Shown: positions 10,672 to 20,114 of the stretch, piece after piece
Layout of the letters: every line of letters starts with the position of its first letter
Position numbering within the stretch: position 1 is the first letter of the stretch
Assembly: GCA_023484105.1 (NCBI GenBank)
Contig: JAMDBD010000029.1
Span: 56,716 to 120,715 of the forward strand
From: Thermoplasmatota archaeon
GTDB lineage: Archaea > Thermoplasmatota > Thermoplasmata > Thermoplasmatales > Thermoplasmataceae
Direction of reading: 5' to 3'
Length of the DNA: 64,000 bases
Program-made: the position numbers and the translations under genes
Notes under the pieces: model-generated
Seen by the model: only the letters and a program-made list of their open reading frames with translations
Told to the model about the DNA's origin: nothing
Database searches by the model: none

Positions 10672-10766
10672 AGATTGCAGAATTTTTTTGTTGAGAGCAG
10701 GTAGTGCCTTGAAATTAGTAATTTATTAATACTGAGATTTATTATCCTTTCGCTTTGTTGAGAATT

Positions 10767-10943
10767 ATGGCCCTGACAAAATTTGAAAAGGCAAGGATAA
10801 TAGGTGCAAGGGCTCTGCAAATCTCAATGGGTGCGCCGGTGGTTATCGACGTGCCCTCTAGCATGATAGACCCAGTTGACATTGCTCTACTTGAATTTGA
10901 AAACGGCCTCATTCCGATAACCATAAAACGTGTGGCCAAGTAA
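10767..10943 (+). CDS. rpoK: DNA-directed RNA polymerase subunit K (Rpo6)
   Basis: [29 protein letters not shown]...[21 protein letters not shown] is the classic RpoK/Rpb6 core. ATG at 10767 preferred over the tracked TTG at 10755. Confidence 0.9.
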   Translation: MALTKFEKARIIGARALQISMGAPVVIDVPSSMIDPVDIALLEFENGLIPITIKRVAK

Positions 10944-11002
10944 AGCGCGTGTTTTTGCATATCAATCCTTAGATGTCCTGCTCTGTGCAGATATTTTCGC
11001 GT

Positions 11003-11608
11003 TCACTGCCCATTTATGTTCCCACTTCCCTTTTCCTTTCGCTCCAGAAAAATGATCCGGAATATAAGTATGTATACCACCCCAAAAAGAATTACAGCCG
11101 GAAAAAACCCTATGTTTAACTCGGGTGCAACCGCAATAACCACAAATATCAGAAATGATATGAGCAGAGCTCCTAAACCTATAAGAACCATAGCTGAAGA
11201 GAACTTTGATACGGCGACCTCGAGCTCCTCCTGATCGAATCCGTTCCTCGAGAATTCCACGGTGATCGCAGTACCAGTTCCTGAGACCATTGAGAGGAAT
11301 GTTCCGGCGGTCATTGGGAGCATGGAGATGCTGATCAGATTGATTGCTGATGGCGCTATGACAGGCGTAATGGCGAATATGCCCTGCACGTATCCTTCGG
11401 ATGCAACAAATGAAAGAACCATTATAAGAAGAGGAATATACTTGCCAATCCCTTTTCCAGTATTGGAAGGAAAAAATGCCACTATTGCAGATGCCAGTAT
11501 CTCAAGAAGGCCTGCAACCTCCGAAAGGCCATAGCCCGTCGTTACAAGGAGTAATCCAGGCAGAACCATCAGCAGAAACGATATGGACGAAACTGATATG
11601 GGTTTCAT
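11003..11608 (-). CDS. Membrane protein (about 6 TM), last gene of the MoxR cluster
   Basis: Hydrophobic 201-aa ORF that overlaps the DUF58 gene by 4 nt. Confidence 0.55.
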   Translation of the reverse strand: MKPISVSSISFLLMVLPGLLLVTTGYGLSEVAGLLEILASAIVAFFPSNTGKGIGKYIPLLIMVLSFVASEGYVQGIFAITPVIAPSAINLISISMLPMTAGTFLSMVSGTGTAITVEFSRNGFDQEELEVAVSKFSSAMVLIGLGALLISFLIFVVIAVAPELNIGFFPAVILFGVVYILIFRIIFLERKEKGSGNINGQ

Positions 11609-12909
11609 GCACCTATCACCCTTGAGATCGCCGATATTACAGAGCCCTGCCCCTCCCCTGCGGGCTCCCAGTCTATTCTTCTGACACTGGGAAGGTTCCT
11701 CAGATATCTGGCAGACATCCTCAATGCTGTTCGTCTGCCGACAAAAATTTCCATTCCCCCCAATAGATGCTTGGAAATTATCCCGGTGGATATGACATTC
11801 ACCAGGACTATGTTTCTGTTATACCTTATCAGTTTCATCAGCGCTTTGGAAAGTTCTTCGCTGTTTTCTTTCCATATGGATGTGAAAAATATGATGGATG
11901 CTCCTGTCTCTTTTATCATCGCCAGCAGACGCGGATCAAAGCTGTAGACCACGAATCTTGATTCTGTTGGTTCCACAAGCAGCAAAGCGCGCTTGAATCT
12001 CTGTTCGTTTTCCGCCCCTGAGGACGGGACAACACTTGGAGATGTGAACCCTTTTCCAGATTGTGCAGTCCAGAACCCCGTGTTAACGCCTTCCTGCATT
12101 AGCAGCCTTGAGTGAGAAAATATTGCTGCTATTGAATATTCCAGGGGATTCTCTTCCGTTGTACCCCTCGTCATTGTAAAACTCCGATCGAGTATGTATA
12201 TTACGGTTTTTTCACCCTCCATCTCGTACCGGTTTACCATCATCTTTCCTGATGGGCTTCTTGCGGTGGCTTTCCAGTTGATGTGTCTATAGGGGTCTCC
12301 TGGCTGATATTCCCGTACCGATTCAAAGTCGGAAGATACCGGCCCGATTCTTGATATGGTATTTCTTGGAGTATACCTGTTGCTGTACATCCTGTTTCTT
12401 CTGAGTTTTATTGCAGAGATCTTAGGAAGAACCTCTATTTCCTTTTCCACAGTTATGGAACCGGACGTACTGTTGATTATCCCCATTGCAGGATAATAGG
12501 TGTAGTTTACCTGCCTTATCAGAAATGTTCCACGCCTCATTCCTGCTCCCTTGAATTCAAAGCTGCCGGCGTATGGGGAAAAACCTTTGAAGAATATGTG
12601 AATATTCGTCCCTTCTCTCAGGAGGAAGGCCTCATGCAGCGGGAACTCTATCATGAACAGACCAAATCCTTTTCCTGAATTCACGAAAACTGAAAATTCA
12701 ACGGTTTCCTCTGCCTTTACTCTGCCTGGAAACCTGCATTCCCCCTCTATTTCTCCATCACGATCAAGAGAGTATAGAATGATGATAATCAGAAAGACAT
12801 AAATTATTGAGGCTGCAAGATAGTGATTGGTCGAAATTATTGCTACAACACTCAGCAGGCCGCCAACAATTATCATGGAGAGGAGCCCCATGCTCCACTG
12901 TTTCACCAT
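11605..12909 (-). CDS. DUF58-family protein (vWA-like partner of MoxR)
   Basis: Two N-terminal TM helices and the hallmark motif REYQPGDPYRHINWKATARS. It lies directly downstream of the MoxR ATPase. Confidence 0.8.
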   Translation of the reverse strand: MVKQWSMGLLSMIIVGGLLSVVAIISTNHYLAASIIYVFLIIIILYSLDRDGEIEGECRFPGRVKAEETVEFSVFVNSGKGFGLFMIEFPLHEAFLLREGTNIHIFFKGFSPYAGSFEFKGAGMRRGTFLIRQVNYTYYPAMGIINSTSGSITVEKEIEVLPKISAIKLRRNRMYSNRYTPRNTISRIGPVSSDFESVREYQPGDPYRHINWKATARSPSGKMMVNRYEMEGEKTVIYILDRSFTMTRGTTEENPLEYSIAAIFSHSRLLMQEGVNTGFWTAQSGKGFTSPSVVPSSGAENEQRFKRALLLVEPTESRFVVYSFDPRLLAMIKETGASIIFFTSIWKENSEELSKALMKLIRYNRNIVLVNVISTGIISKHLLGGMEIFVGRRTALRMSARYLRNLPSVRRIDWEPAGEGQGSVISAISRVIGA

Positions 12910-12915
12910 AGCTAC

Positions 12916-13872
12916 CTACTTTGGTACCTGTATCTTTGCAAGATATTCCCTGATTATGTCCTTTCCAGATATATCCTCGAGACTCAGTTCAGGCCTAAGA
13001 ACTATCCTGTGACCAAGAACTTCCTGTGCGATCTTCTTCACGTCATCAGGTATCACATAAGTTCTGTTTTCCAGAAAGGCAATTGCCCTGGATATTCTCA
13101 TCAGTGAAATCAATCCTCTGGGGCTTGGGCCTGCCAGGACACGGGGGTCCTTTCTGCATTGAGAAAACTCTGAAATATACTTCACTATTTCCGGGCTCAC
13201 ACTTACAGATGCTTCAATGAATTTCTGTATCTCAATGAGCCTTTCAGCATTAAGCAAGGTTTCTGCTCCAGAACTTGGATCGTCAGTCTTCCATGATATT
13301 CTGCGGTTCAGTACTTCAGAATCATCGTCAGGGTAACCAAGGGTAATCTCTATCATGAATCTGTCCAACTGGGCCTCCGGAAGAGGATATGTTCCTTCCA
13401 GTTCCACAGGATTCTCAGTTGCCAGGACAATGAACGGAGATGAAAGCCTGACGGTTTCCCCTTCTATGGTAACCTGCTTCTCCTCCATCGCCTCAAGAAG
13501 TGCTGCCTGTGTTTTAGGCGGGGCCCTGTTGATCTCGTCAGCAAGTATGAGGTTGGAAAACACTGGGCCTTTCACTACCTGAAAATTGCTCGAATCGGGG
13601 CGCCACACCTTTGTTCCTATTATATCAGATGGAAGCAGATCTGGTGTGAACTGGATTCTTCTGCTGTCTATTCCCAGCACCCTGGAAAAAAGCTTGACAA
13701 TGAATGTCTTTCCTATTCCTGGATAATCCATCAGGAGTACATGGCCTGAAGAGATTATTGATGCCAGAATTTTTGATATATTGTCCCTATTACCAACATA
13801 ATATCTTGCAATCTCGTCCAGTGCAGCCGATGCTTCCTTTCTTAGCGTTTCAGGCTCGTTGATGTTTTCCAC
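12916..13872 (-). CDS. MoxR-like AAA+ ATPase
   Basis: Walker A HVLLMDYPGIGKT, Walker B ILADEINRAPPKTQAALLEAMEEKQVTIEG, and a 318-aa length typical of the AAA_3 family. Confidence 0.9.
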   Translation of the reverse strand: MENINEPETLRKEASAALDEIARYYVGNRDNISKILASIISSGHVLLMDYPGIGKTFIVKLFSRVLGIDSRRIQFTPDLLPSDIIGTKVWRPDSSNFQVVKGPVFSNLILADEINRAPPKTQAALLEAMEEKQVTIEGETVRLSSPFIVLATENPVELEGTYPLPEAQLDRFMIEITLGYPDDDSEVLNRRISWKTDDPSSGAETLLNAERLIEIQKFIEASVSVSPEIVKYISEFSQCRKDPRVLAGPSPRGLISLMRISRAIAFLENRTYVIPDDVKKIAQEVLGHRIVLRPELSLEDISGKDIIREYLAKIQVPK

Positions 13873-13876
13873 AATA

Positions 13877-14974
13877 TCATTCCTCCAGTCTCTTTCTTAT
13901 AACTATCGCGATACTATTAACTATGTCCATTCTGGCAGTTATTTCACTCTCTATGGCCTTTCTTGTGAATGCCATGTTCAGTATGGTGGTGTCCTGACCC
14001 CCGTAATCGTTCAGCCTCTTAAGAATGTCCAGTGTCTCATCTATGCCTGCGTCTCCTGCGCCAAGCATGTGAGCCAGCACAACCAAAAGGCTTCCCTTTC
14101 TTCCTGATACAACAAATTCCCTTACGCTGTTTGCAAGGATATCAATGTTGTCCTCAGAAATTAGCCTCGAGGTATGCCGATGTGCCTCGTATGCTGAATT
14201 GTACAGATTTTCAAGTCTCCCTGAACCTATACTGTACCATCTCCAGAATGCAAAGAATATCATCGCAACAATACCGATGATTAGAAAGAACAGGATAAAC
14301 TGGTTAAGCTGCGGTGCCTTTGGAATCTGGAGTATAGTTGCAGCCAGTCCAAGAAGAAAGAATCCAGTAAGATAGCTTCCGTATGACTGTATCACATATA
14401 TCCCAAGCTCCCTGACACTCTTTATTCTGGAGTTGAGCAGAAGAGGGCCCATACTGAATGGAATGTTGCCCATGGCGGCAAAGAGAAAAGGGTCTCCTGC
14501 ATACTGATATGGATAGGCCAGATACAGAAGAAAATAGATGCTCATGAAGAGGAAAGTGCGAGAGAACTTTACCATAAATTTCGAAAGGCTCACTCTTCCC
14601 CTTATCTCCCTAACAGACGATGCCCCGTACATTACAGAGATCCATGTGAGAAACAGGAATGCGAAAAACTCAACGCCAGCCGAGGAAAATGACCCTACTC
14701 TTGGCAGCAAAACTGAATAAACAACTGTCCCTATGAAAAACGTGACTGGAAACCAGGAAAATATTCTTTTGAAAAGTACTGCAATCATCCGGTGTCCTGC
14801 ATTCTGTGCCACGCTTCCAAACATCCCTATAAACATGGCAAGTGCAAACAGGATCAGGAATTCGCCAATGAACAGATAGATTTTCAGAAAAACTGTGCCT
14901 ACCGCGATTATGATGAATATAAGTATGAGATATTTCAAAAGGGAGCTCACTATCTTTACTGCAGTCTCAGCCAA
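13877..14974 (-). CDS. Polytopic membrane protein with a soluble C-terminal domain of about 120 aa
   Basis: 365-aa ORF with about 8 TM segments. It overlaps the upstream gene by 8 nt and ends 4 nt before the MoxR start. Confidence 0.55.
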   Translation of the reverse strand: MAETAVKIVSSLLKYLILIFIIIAVGTVFLKIYLFIGEFLILFALAMFIGMFGSVAQNAGHRMIAVLFKRIFSWFPVTFFIGTVVYSVLLPRVGSFSSAGVEFFAFLFLTWISVMYGASSVREIRGRVSLSKFMVKFSRTFLFMSIYFLLYLAYPYQYAGDPFLFAAMGNIPFSMGPLLLNSRIKSVRELGIYVIQSYGSYLTGFFLLGLAATILQIPKAPQLNQFILFFLIIGIVAMIFFAFWRWYSIGSGRLENLYNSAYEAHRHTSRLISEDNIDILANSVREFVVSGRKGSLLVVLAHMLGAGDAGIDETLDILKRLNDYGGQDTTILNMAFTRKAIESEITARMDIVNSIAIVIRKRLEE

Positions 14975-16097
14975 CTGGTTCTTCCTCGCTGCAAATTATA
15001 ACAACAGGGGCCCTTATAGCTTTCCCTATATCCATCACATACTGTCTGAAGGCATCGGCAGACGGCTGGATCTTTCCATACTTCACCTTTTCAAATTCAG
15101 CAATTATTCTATTTAATCCATCCGCTGATAGAACATCCCTGGTGAAAACAGGGTCTGCAGCTATCTCCCTCAGGGTCAGGTTCGAAGGCTTTCCATTTAT
15201 CATGTTAGCTCTTGCCAGTTTCACAACCTCCTCTCCATAGCGTACCCCCCTTATGCCAAGAGAATCCTCAGTTCCTCTGTACCTGGCTGAAACAGTATTG
15301 CAACCTGGCATCAGCGTAAATGCGATATTTCCCTGCCGATCCACGGATGAAATCGTAACCCCCTGTACTGCTGCTCCCTCCGGCACAGATACAGCAAATG
15401 GCTCCCCAGCGCCACCAAGCAGAGGATAGTAGTGTCCATTCAGCGGTTGAATAAAATGATCTGCATAATTCCAACCAGGGTAAGGAGCTATTCTGTAACT
15501 GTACGAATCGCTATCTGATCCGGTGTCGCTGCCACCGGTCAACTGCAACTCACTCGCTGCACTGCCCTCCTGATCCCCGGAATGCTCTGGACGGTTCCTT
15601 ACTGCGGAGTAAGCACCAAAGAGTATTATCACAGATAGGACTGCAATTAGGATGTAAAAAACAAATGCAGGAATATGCACAAGATCTGTCACCTTTCCTG
15701 CAGCGTTGGATATTCCTGATGGGAAGGAAAAACCCTTGATCTTTATCCCACCGTTAGAAAGATGACCTAGATTAAGGATATCTGGAAACCTGAATTTCAG
15801 CCAGGATAGATTTATCGCTCCAACCTTAAGACTTGTACTGAACTTTGGAAAGTTGAATTTAAACAGGTTTGACAGATCAGGAAACTTGAAGCTGAATGGA
15901 AAATTGAAGCCTGGAAGGCTAAAACCTCCGAGACCTCCATGAGAGCCTCCACTATTGCCTCCGTTTGATCCTCCTGTGGTAGAACCTCCACCCCCTGAAG
16001 GAGAGGATGGAGTACTTACCTGGTTTATGGATGATATAAGTAGCCATGTAACAAGCACGGCCAATATCACCAGCACAATGGTGATTTTGGAGGCCAT
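14967..16097 (-). CDS. Membrane protein with a Gly/Ser-rich tract, F-x-F repeats and a DUF4129-like C-terminus
   Basis: N-terminal TM helix, then SGGGGSTTGGSNGGNSGGSHGG, then FNFPFSFKFPDLSNLFKFNFPKF...FRFPD...FSFPSG, then a second TM helix. C-terminus LTLREIAADPVF...AEFEKVKYGK resembles DUF4129, a family often found near MoxR/DUF58. Confidence 0.6.
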   Translation of the reverse strand: MASKITIVLVILAVLVTWLLISSINQVSTPSSPSGGGGSTTGGSNGGNSGGSHGGLGGFSLPGFNFPFSFKFPDLSNLFKFNFPKFSTSLKVGAINLSWLKFRFPDILNLGHLSNGGIKIKGFSFPSGISNAAGKVTDLVHIPAFVFYILIAVLSVIILFGAYSAVRNRPEHSGDQEGSAASELQLTGGSDTGSDSDSYSYRIAPYPGWNYADHFIQPLNGHYYPLLGGAGEPFAVSVPEGAAVQGVTISSVDRQGNIAFTLMPGCNTVSARYRGTEDSLGIRGVRYGEEVVKLARANMINGKPSNLTLREIAADPVFTRDVLSADGLNRIIAEFEKVKYGKIQPSADAFRQYVMDIGKAIRAPVVIICSEEEPVG

Positions 16098-16215
16098 ATA
16101 CTATTGAATAAAAGTCACGATATTTAACCTTTTTATAAGTTTCCTGGAGTCAAAGCTGTGCATAAGAGGCCGTCGTTTTGAAAACCGTTTTTAATGCGTA
16201 AATCATATTTGTTCG

Positions 16216-17073
16216 TTGGAAAAAGAGGAACTCAGAGAAATAATATCTCAAATTGTTGCAGGATACAAGAAAAATTTGCCCGTCAGGGCTGTGCTTGTTT
16301 CCACGCCTTCAGATCACATGGTCCAGAAACTCGTACCTGGCATTTTTGAGAGAATAAATTTTATACCATACCGAAGAGGGTTCAGAATAGCCATAGGGCA
16401 GCTTAATGACAGGCAGTATGAGGAGTTCAAGAGGAAATATTATGACAGGCTTCTTTTCTACCTTGTTCCCCTGTCCGTCTTTCTTGACCTGCCAGAGAAG
16501 GTGGCTGCATATGGCATGAGTCTGAGATCATTTATACTCAGAGGACCTGGTAGAATGGTACTCACTGACAAAGAGAGTCATGTCGTTATGGAAACTTTCA
16601 CCGCCTTCAGGAAGAAAGGGTTCATACCAACCTCTCTGGAGTTTCTCAACGGGGAGAACTTTGTCACACTCAAAAGGGATTTCTCATTGAGAGTGAGGGG
16701 GGATCCGTCCACCATAGCAAGGGACATTGTCCGCATAATCGATCTGGCATATGAGGGTGGTGAAAAACTTATGGAGAAACTCTCTGCCCTCAGGTTAAGA
16801 ACCAGCAGACTTTCACATTCTGAAAACTTCACTCTTCACAGGGTTCAGGGAAATCAGGCAGATTTTATACGTGCTCTTTCAAAAGAATTTTCAATTCAGA
16901 AGATTGTCGAATATGGTGAGCTCATTCAGTATATTGTATCCGGAGGAGGGATGAACGGATTCGTGCCACTTGTCAGCGGCATACATCTCAGAATGGTTCC
17001 AGACACATCATTCTCCGTGGAAATAGCCACAAGGATACTTGAAATGTCTGAGAAGGAGATGTTTATCGAATGA
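16216..17073 (+). CDS. Hypothetical protein (285 aa)
   Basis: ORF with a TTG start and no motif I recognise. It overlaps the next ORF by 4 nt (ATGA). Confidence 0.55.
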   Translation: MEKEELREIISQIVAGYKKNLPVRAVLVSTPSDHMVQKLVPGIFERINFIPYRRGFRIAIGQLNDRQYEEFKRKYYDRLLFYLVPLSVFLDLPEKVAAYGMSLRSFILRGPGRMVLTDKESHVVMETFTAFRKKGFIPTSLEFLNGENFVTLKRDFSLRVRGDPSTIARDIVRIIDLAYEGGEKLMEKLSALRLRTSRLSHSENFTLHRVQGNQADFIRALSKEFSIQKIVEYGELIQYIVSGGGMNGFVPLVSGIHLRMVPDTSFSVEIATRILEMSEKEMFIE

Positions 17074-17801
17074 ACAATTTACTGAGCTTTCAGAAATACA
17101 GGGCTGAGGCCTGGCGTGCCATCAGGAGACATATGGTGGTCTCATCTGTCTATAGTGCACTCAAGCCGCTCAACATCAAGGGTTTTTCACTCGACCTCAC
17201 CGACGGGGAATATCTTTTCACAATACCTCTTGCGGATGGTGTTCACAGTGTCCTGATGGGGTTCAGAGGCTTTAAAGACCATTTCAAACTTTATCCGGAT
17301 CGTGGTGACATACCGGTTACCTTGGCGGGTGATTCTGAAAGGGATCTGAACAGTGCGGATGTGGTGGTTTCTCCCTACAACGGCACTATTTCATTTGATA
17401 ATAGCAGAAACAGGGACGTTCTTAGCAACATATTCGGTAACATTTCATTTCTTTTTCCAAATTTCCCTGCGCCTTTTTTCAGGGACCTTCACCCACTCAT
17501 AAAGGCACATTTTCTTGTCAGATATATGCTTCCTGGAAAGGACAGAAGTATACCAGAAATAGTTGAAGATGCTGTTGGATTTTCACTTGCCTATTTTATA
17601 CAGGGGGATCCTCAGGCTGTACGATCAGATTTTTACATCCTCATTAGAGATATGATATCCTCCGGCGTGATCATAGGGGATTCCACCAGAGCTGTAGGGC
17701 CAAAATCCATAGCATCCTTTGAGAGGAAGTATCTGAGGTGGATGTTCAGGCGTGAAATGAGTGAAAGCTTCAAAACACTATTCGATTATGAAAGGTTATG
17801 A
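17070..17801 (+). CDS. Hypothetical protein (243 aa)
   Basis: The ORF is translationally coupled to both neighbours. I recognise no family. Confidence 0.55.
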   Translation: MNNLLSFQKYRAEAWRAIRRHMVVSSVYSALKPLNIKGFSLDLTDGEYLFTIPLADGVHSVLMGFRGFKDHFKLYPDRGDIPVTLAGDSERDLNSADVVVSPYNGTISFDNSRNRDVLSNIFGNISFLFPNFPAPFFRDLHPLIKAHFLVRYMLPGKDRSIPEIVEDAVGFSLAYFIQGDPQAVRSDFYILIRDMISSGVIIGDSTRAVGPKSIASFERKYLRWMFRREMSESFKTLFDYERL

Positions 17802-18864
17802 CAGCGCGGGAGTTCCAGTTTTTCAGGCAACCCAATATATCAGTTCACCATACCGAAATGTGAACAATTCGGATCTGCTTTCACTCTCCGATAAACTGAA
17901 GAAAATTGGCGCCAGGAAGATAATGCTAATGCTTCCTGACGGGCTGAAGCCAAGAGTGTTCGATATCGTCAGTTTCCTTTCCAGACAGTTTTCAATACTG
18001 GTAAGCTCAGATCCGTTTTACGGTGCCTGTGACATTGGAAACCCTGCATTATACAGCGGTGTGGATGCGATAGTGCAGTTCGGTCACTCGCCAATCCCCA
18101 ACATAAATTACCCGATTCCGGTTATATTTCAGGAATACAGGCTGACTGAATTCCCGGAGATTCAGGAATCGGCCCTTGCCGTGATCCGTAACGCAGGTTA
18201 TTCAAAGGTTGGTCTTCTCGCATCCATACAGTACCTGGATATGCTGCCTGTGATAAAGAAAAAACTTGAAGGAATGGGGCTTTCTGCCGTCATAGGAAAA
18301 CAGGATGGAAGAATGGCATATCCCGGGCAGGTCCTAGGCTGCAACTTCAGCGCTGCACATTCAGTTGCGTCTGAAGTGGACTGTTACCTTGTCGTGAGCA
18401 CCGGAAAGTTTCATGCCATAGGCGCTCAACTTTCCGGAGAGAGGGAGGCCTTTTTGCTCGACGTAAGCCTTGGAACGGTCACCAGCATGAAGGCTGAAAC
18501 AGACCTTTTCCTGAGGCGCAGATATGCCAGGATATCATCTGCCCTTAACTCCAGAAAGTTCGCTGTGGTTGTGGATACAAAGATAGGCCAGTACAGAATC
18601 AGGCTGGCAGATTTGATTGCAAGTCAGCTTCAAAGCCTGGGAAAGGAGTATGTTATCCTCCACACAGATCAGTTCAATGCCAGCGATATAATGAACTGCA
18701 TGGCGGATGCCGTGATTTTCACAGGATGCCCCAGAGTTTCCATTGATGACTACGACCGGTTTCCGTTTCCAATCCTAACACCAAATGAATTTCAGTCACT
18801 TTTTGGTTTCAAGAAAAGCAGCAGATATGTTCTTGATGAGATCGTATCTGTTGACATGATATGA
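17788..18864 (+). CDS. dph2: 2-(3-amino-3-carboxypropyl)histidine synthase (diphthamide biosynthesis, Dph2)
   Basis: IMLMLPDGLKPRVFDIV...ILVSSDPFYGACDIGN...GVDAIVQFGHSPI...VLGCNFSAA...FTGCPRVSIDD matches the archaeal Dph2 layout. ATG at 17788 preferred over the tracked GTG at 17761. Confidence 0.85.
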   Translation: MKGYDSAGVPVFQATQYISSPYRNVNNSDLLSLSDKLKKIGARKIMLMLPDGLKPRVFDIVSFLSRQFSILVSSDPFYGACDIGNPALYSGVDAIVQFGHSPIPNINYPIPVIFQEYRLTEFPEIQESALAVIRNAGYSKVGLLASIQYLDMLPVIKKKLEGMGLSAVIGKQDGRMAYPGQVLGCNFSAAHSVASEVDCYLVVSTGKFHAIGAQLSGEREAFLLDVSLGTVTSMKAETDLFLRRRYARISSALNSRKFAVVVDTKIGQYRIRLADLIASQLQSLGKEYVILHTDQFNASDIMNCMADAVIFTGCPRVSIDDYDRFPFPILTPNEFQSLFGFKKSSRYVLDEIVSVDMI

Positions 18865-18866
18865 GA

Positions 18867-20114
18867 TTATGTAGCGGGAGAGCCGATAAGGTAGGTTTCA
18901 CCGGTACCGGTTATCGTACAGTGAACTCGGTCATACAGTTTATGACTCCCGCCAATAACAACCGGCCTGTAGTAAATATCCCTTCCCACGTATGTATCTC
19001 TCTTTCCCCTTTCGGTCACCATGATCTCTTCTTCTGTCCCTACAGCTTTTTCGAACTCCTCGGATGAGATGCGCCTGTGAATTTCCTGTATCACCTTATT
19101 TCTGTCCTTTGTTACATTTGACGGGGATGGTACTGCGCTGAAATCCCTGGTGAACGGCCTTGGAGAAAACCTGGTGACATTGATTATATTTGGTCTTGTC
19201 TTTTCCAAGATCTCGACTGTTTCAGAGAACTCACGGTCACCCTCCCCTGGATACCCTGTAATTATGTCAGTGGAAAGGGTGGCTCCAGGAAATTTCCTTC
19301 TGTATGTGTCAACTATTTCAATAAAGTCAGAAGATGTATATTCCCTGTTCATGGCCATAAGCACTGAATCACTGCCTGACTGAACAGGCAGATGAAGAAA
19401 CTTGTACACCTTGTTACTGGCATAACTGTTGAGCAGATCACGTAGTATTTCCGATGTGTTTTTTGGCTCCATCATTCCAATTCTGAGCATAAAGGAACCG
19501 TCAAGACTGGTGATCATTTCCACTAGCTGTGGAAGCCTGATTCCTATATCTTTGCCATAGGCGGCACTGTCAAGAGAGGTTATACGCACCTCTCTTATCC
19601 CTCTTGCAACCTGCATTCGTACCTGATCAACAATTTTCTGCGGCCTTCTTGAAAGCAGCTTCCCTCTGGCAACTCTGGATATGCAGAAATTGCAGTTTCC
19701 CGTGCATCCCTGGTTTATTGGGATCCCGTCGAATATTGAGGGTTCCCTGATCTCAACGTCGTCCAGCATTCCGCGGTAGAAATCCCTGAATGTCTCTCTG
19801 CTCACTGGCCTTATCTCATTCATTTCCAAGCTGTCTGCAGAAACTGACGGCAGGCATCCAGTGATCTCCGTTTCACCAAGTGCGGCAAGCTCCTGAATCC
19901 TCCTTAGCATCCTAGATTCGGTCTGTGATATCACAACGCATGTGTTTATCACCCTGACATCAGCAGCTTTCGGATCCTGGGTGAGAACTGCACCTGAATT
20001 AATCATACGGTTCACATAAAGACCTGCCTCTGACTTTGAAAGAGTGCATCCGTATGCCTCAAGATAGACTCGTTTTCCTGAATATCTTGCAGGATCCTGA
20101 TCAGAGACAGTCAT
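18867..20114 (-). CDS. Radical SAM methylthiotransferase, MiaB-like archaeal type (CDKAL1/e-MtaB family)
   Basis: UPF0004 N-domain (VYLEAYGCTLSKSEA...NTCVV), radical SAM motif GCTGNCNFCI, and a C-terminal TRAM-like domain. Start at M18 (20114) preferred, which reduces the overlap with lysS. Confidence 0.85.
   Translation of the reverse strand: MTVSDQDPARYSGKRVYLEAYGCTLSKSEAGLYVNRMINSGAVLTQDPKAADVRVINTCVVISQTESRMLRRIQELAALGETEITGCLPSVSADSLEMNEIRPVSRETFRDFYRGMLDDVEIREPSIFDGIPINQGCTGNCNFCISRVARGKLLSRRPQKIVDQVRMQVARGIREVRITSLDSAAYGKDIGIRLPQLVEMITSLDGSFMLRIGMMEPKNTSEILRDLLNSYASNKVYKFLHLPVQSGSDSVLMAMNREYTSSDFIEIVDTYRRKFPGATLSTDIITGYPGEGDREFSETVEILEKTRPNIINVTRFSPRPFTRDFSAVPSPSNVTKDRNKVIQEIHRRISSEEFEKAVGTEEEIMVTERGKRDTYVGRDIYYRPVVIGGSHKLYDRVHCTITGTGETYLIGSPAT

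Noticed and set aside
10640-10750. AATGATAC ... ACTGAGA in the DtxR / rpoK intergenic region, considered as C and D boxes
   Set aside because: The C box is imperfect, the box spacing of about 75 nt has no credible D'/C', and there is no terminal stem. The region is better explained as two divergent promoters plus the operator palindrome.
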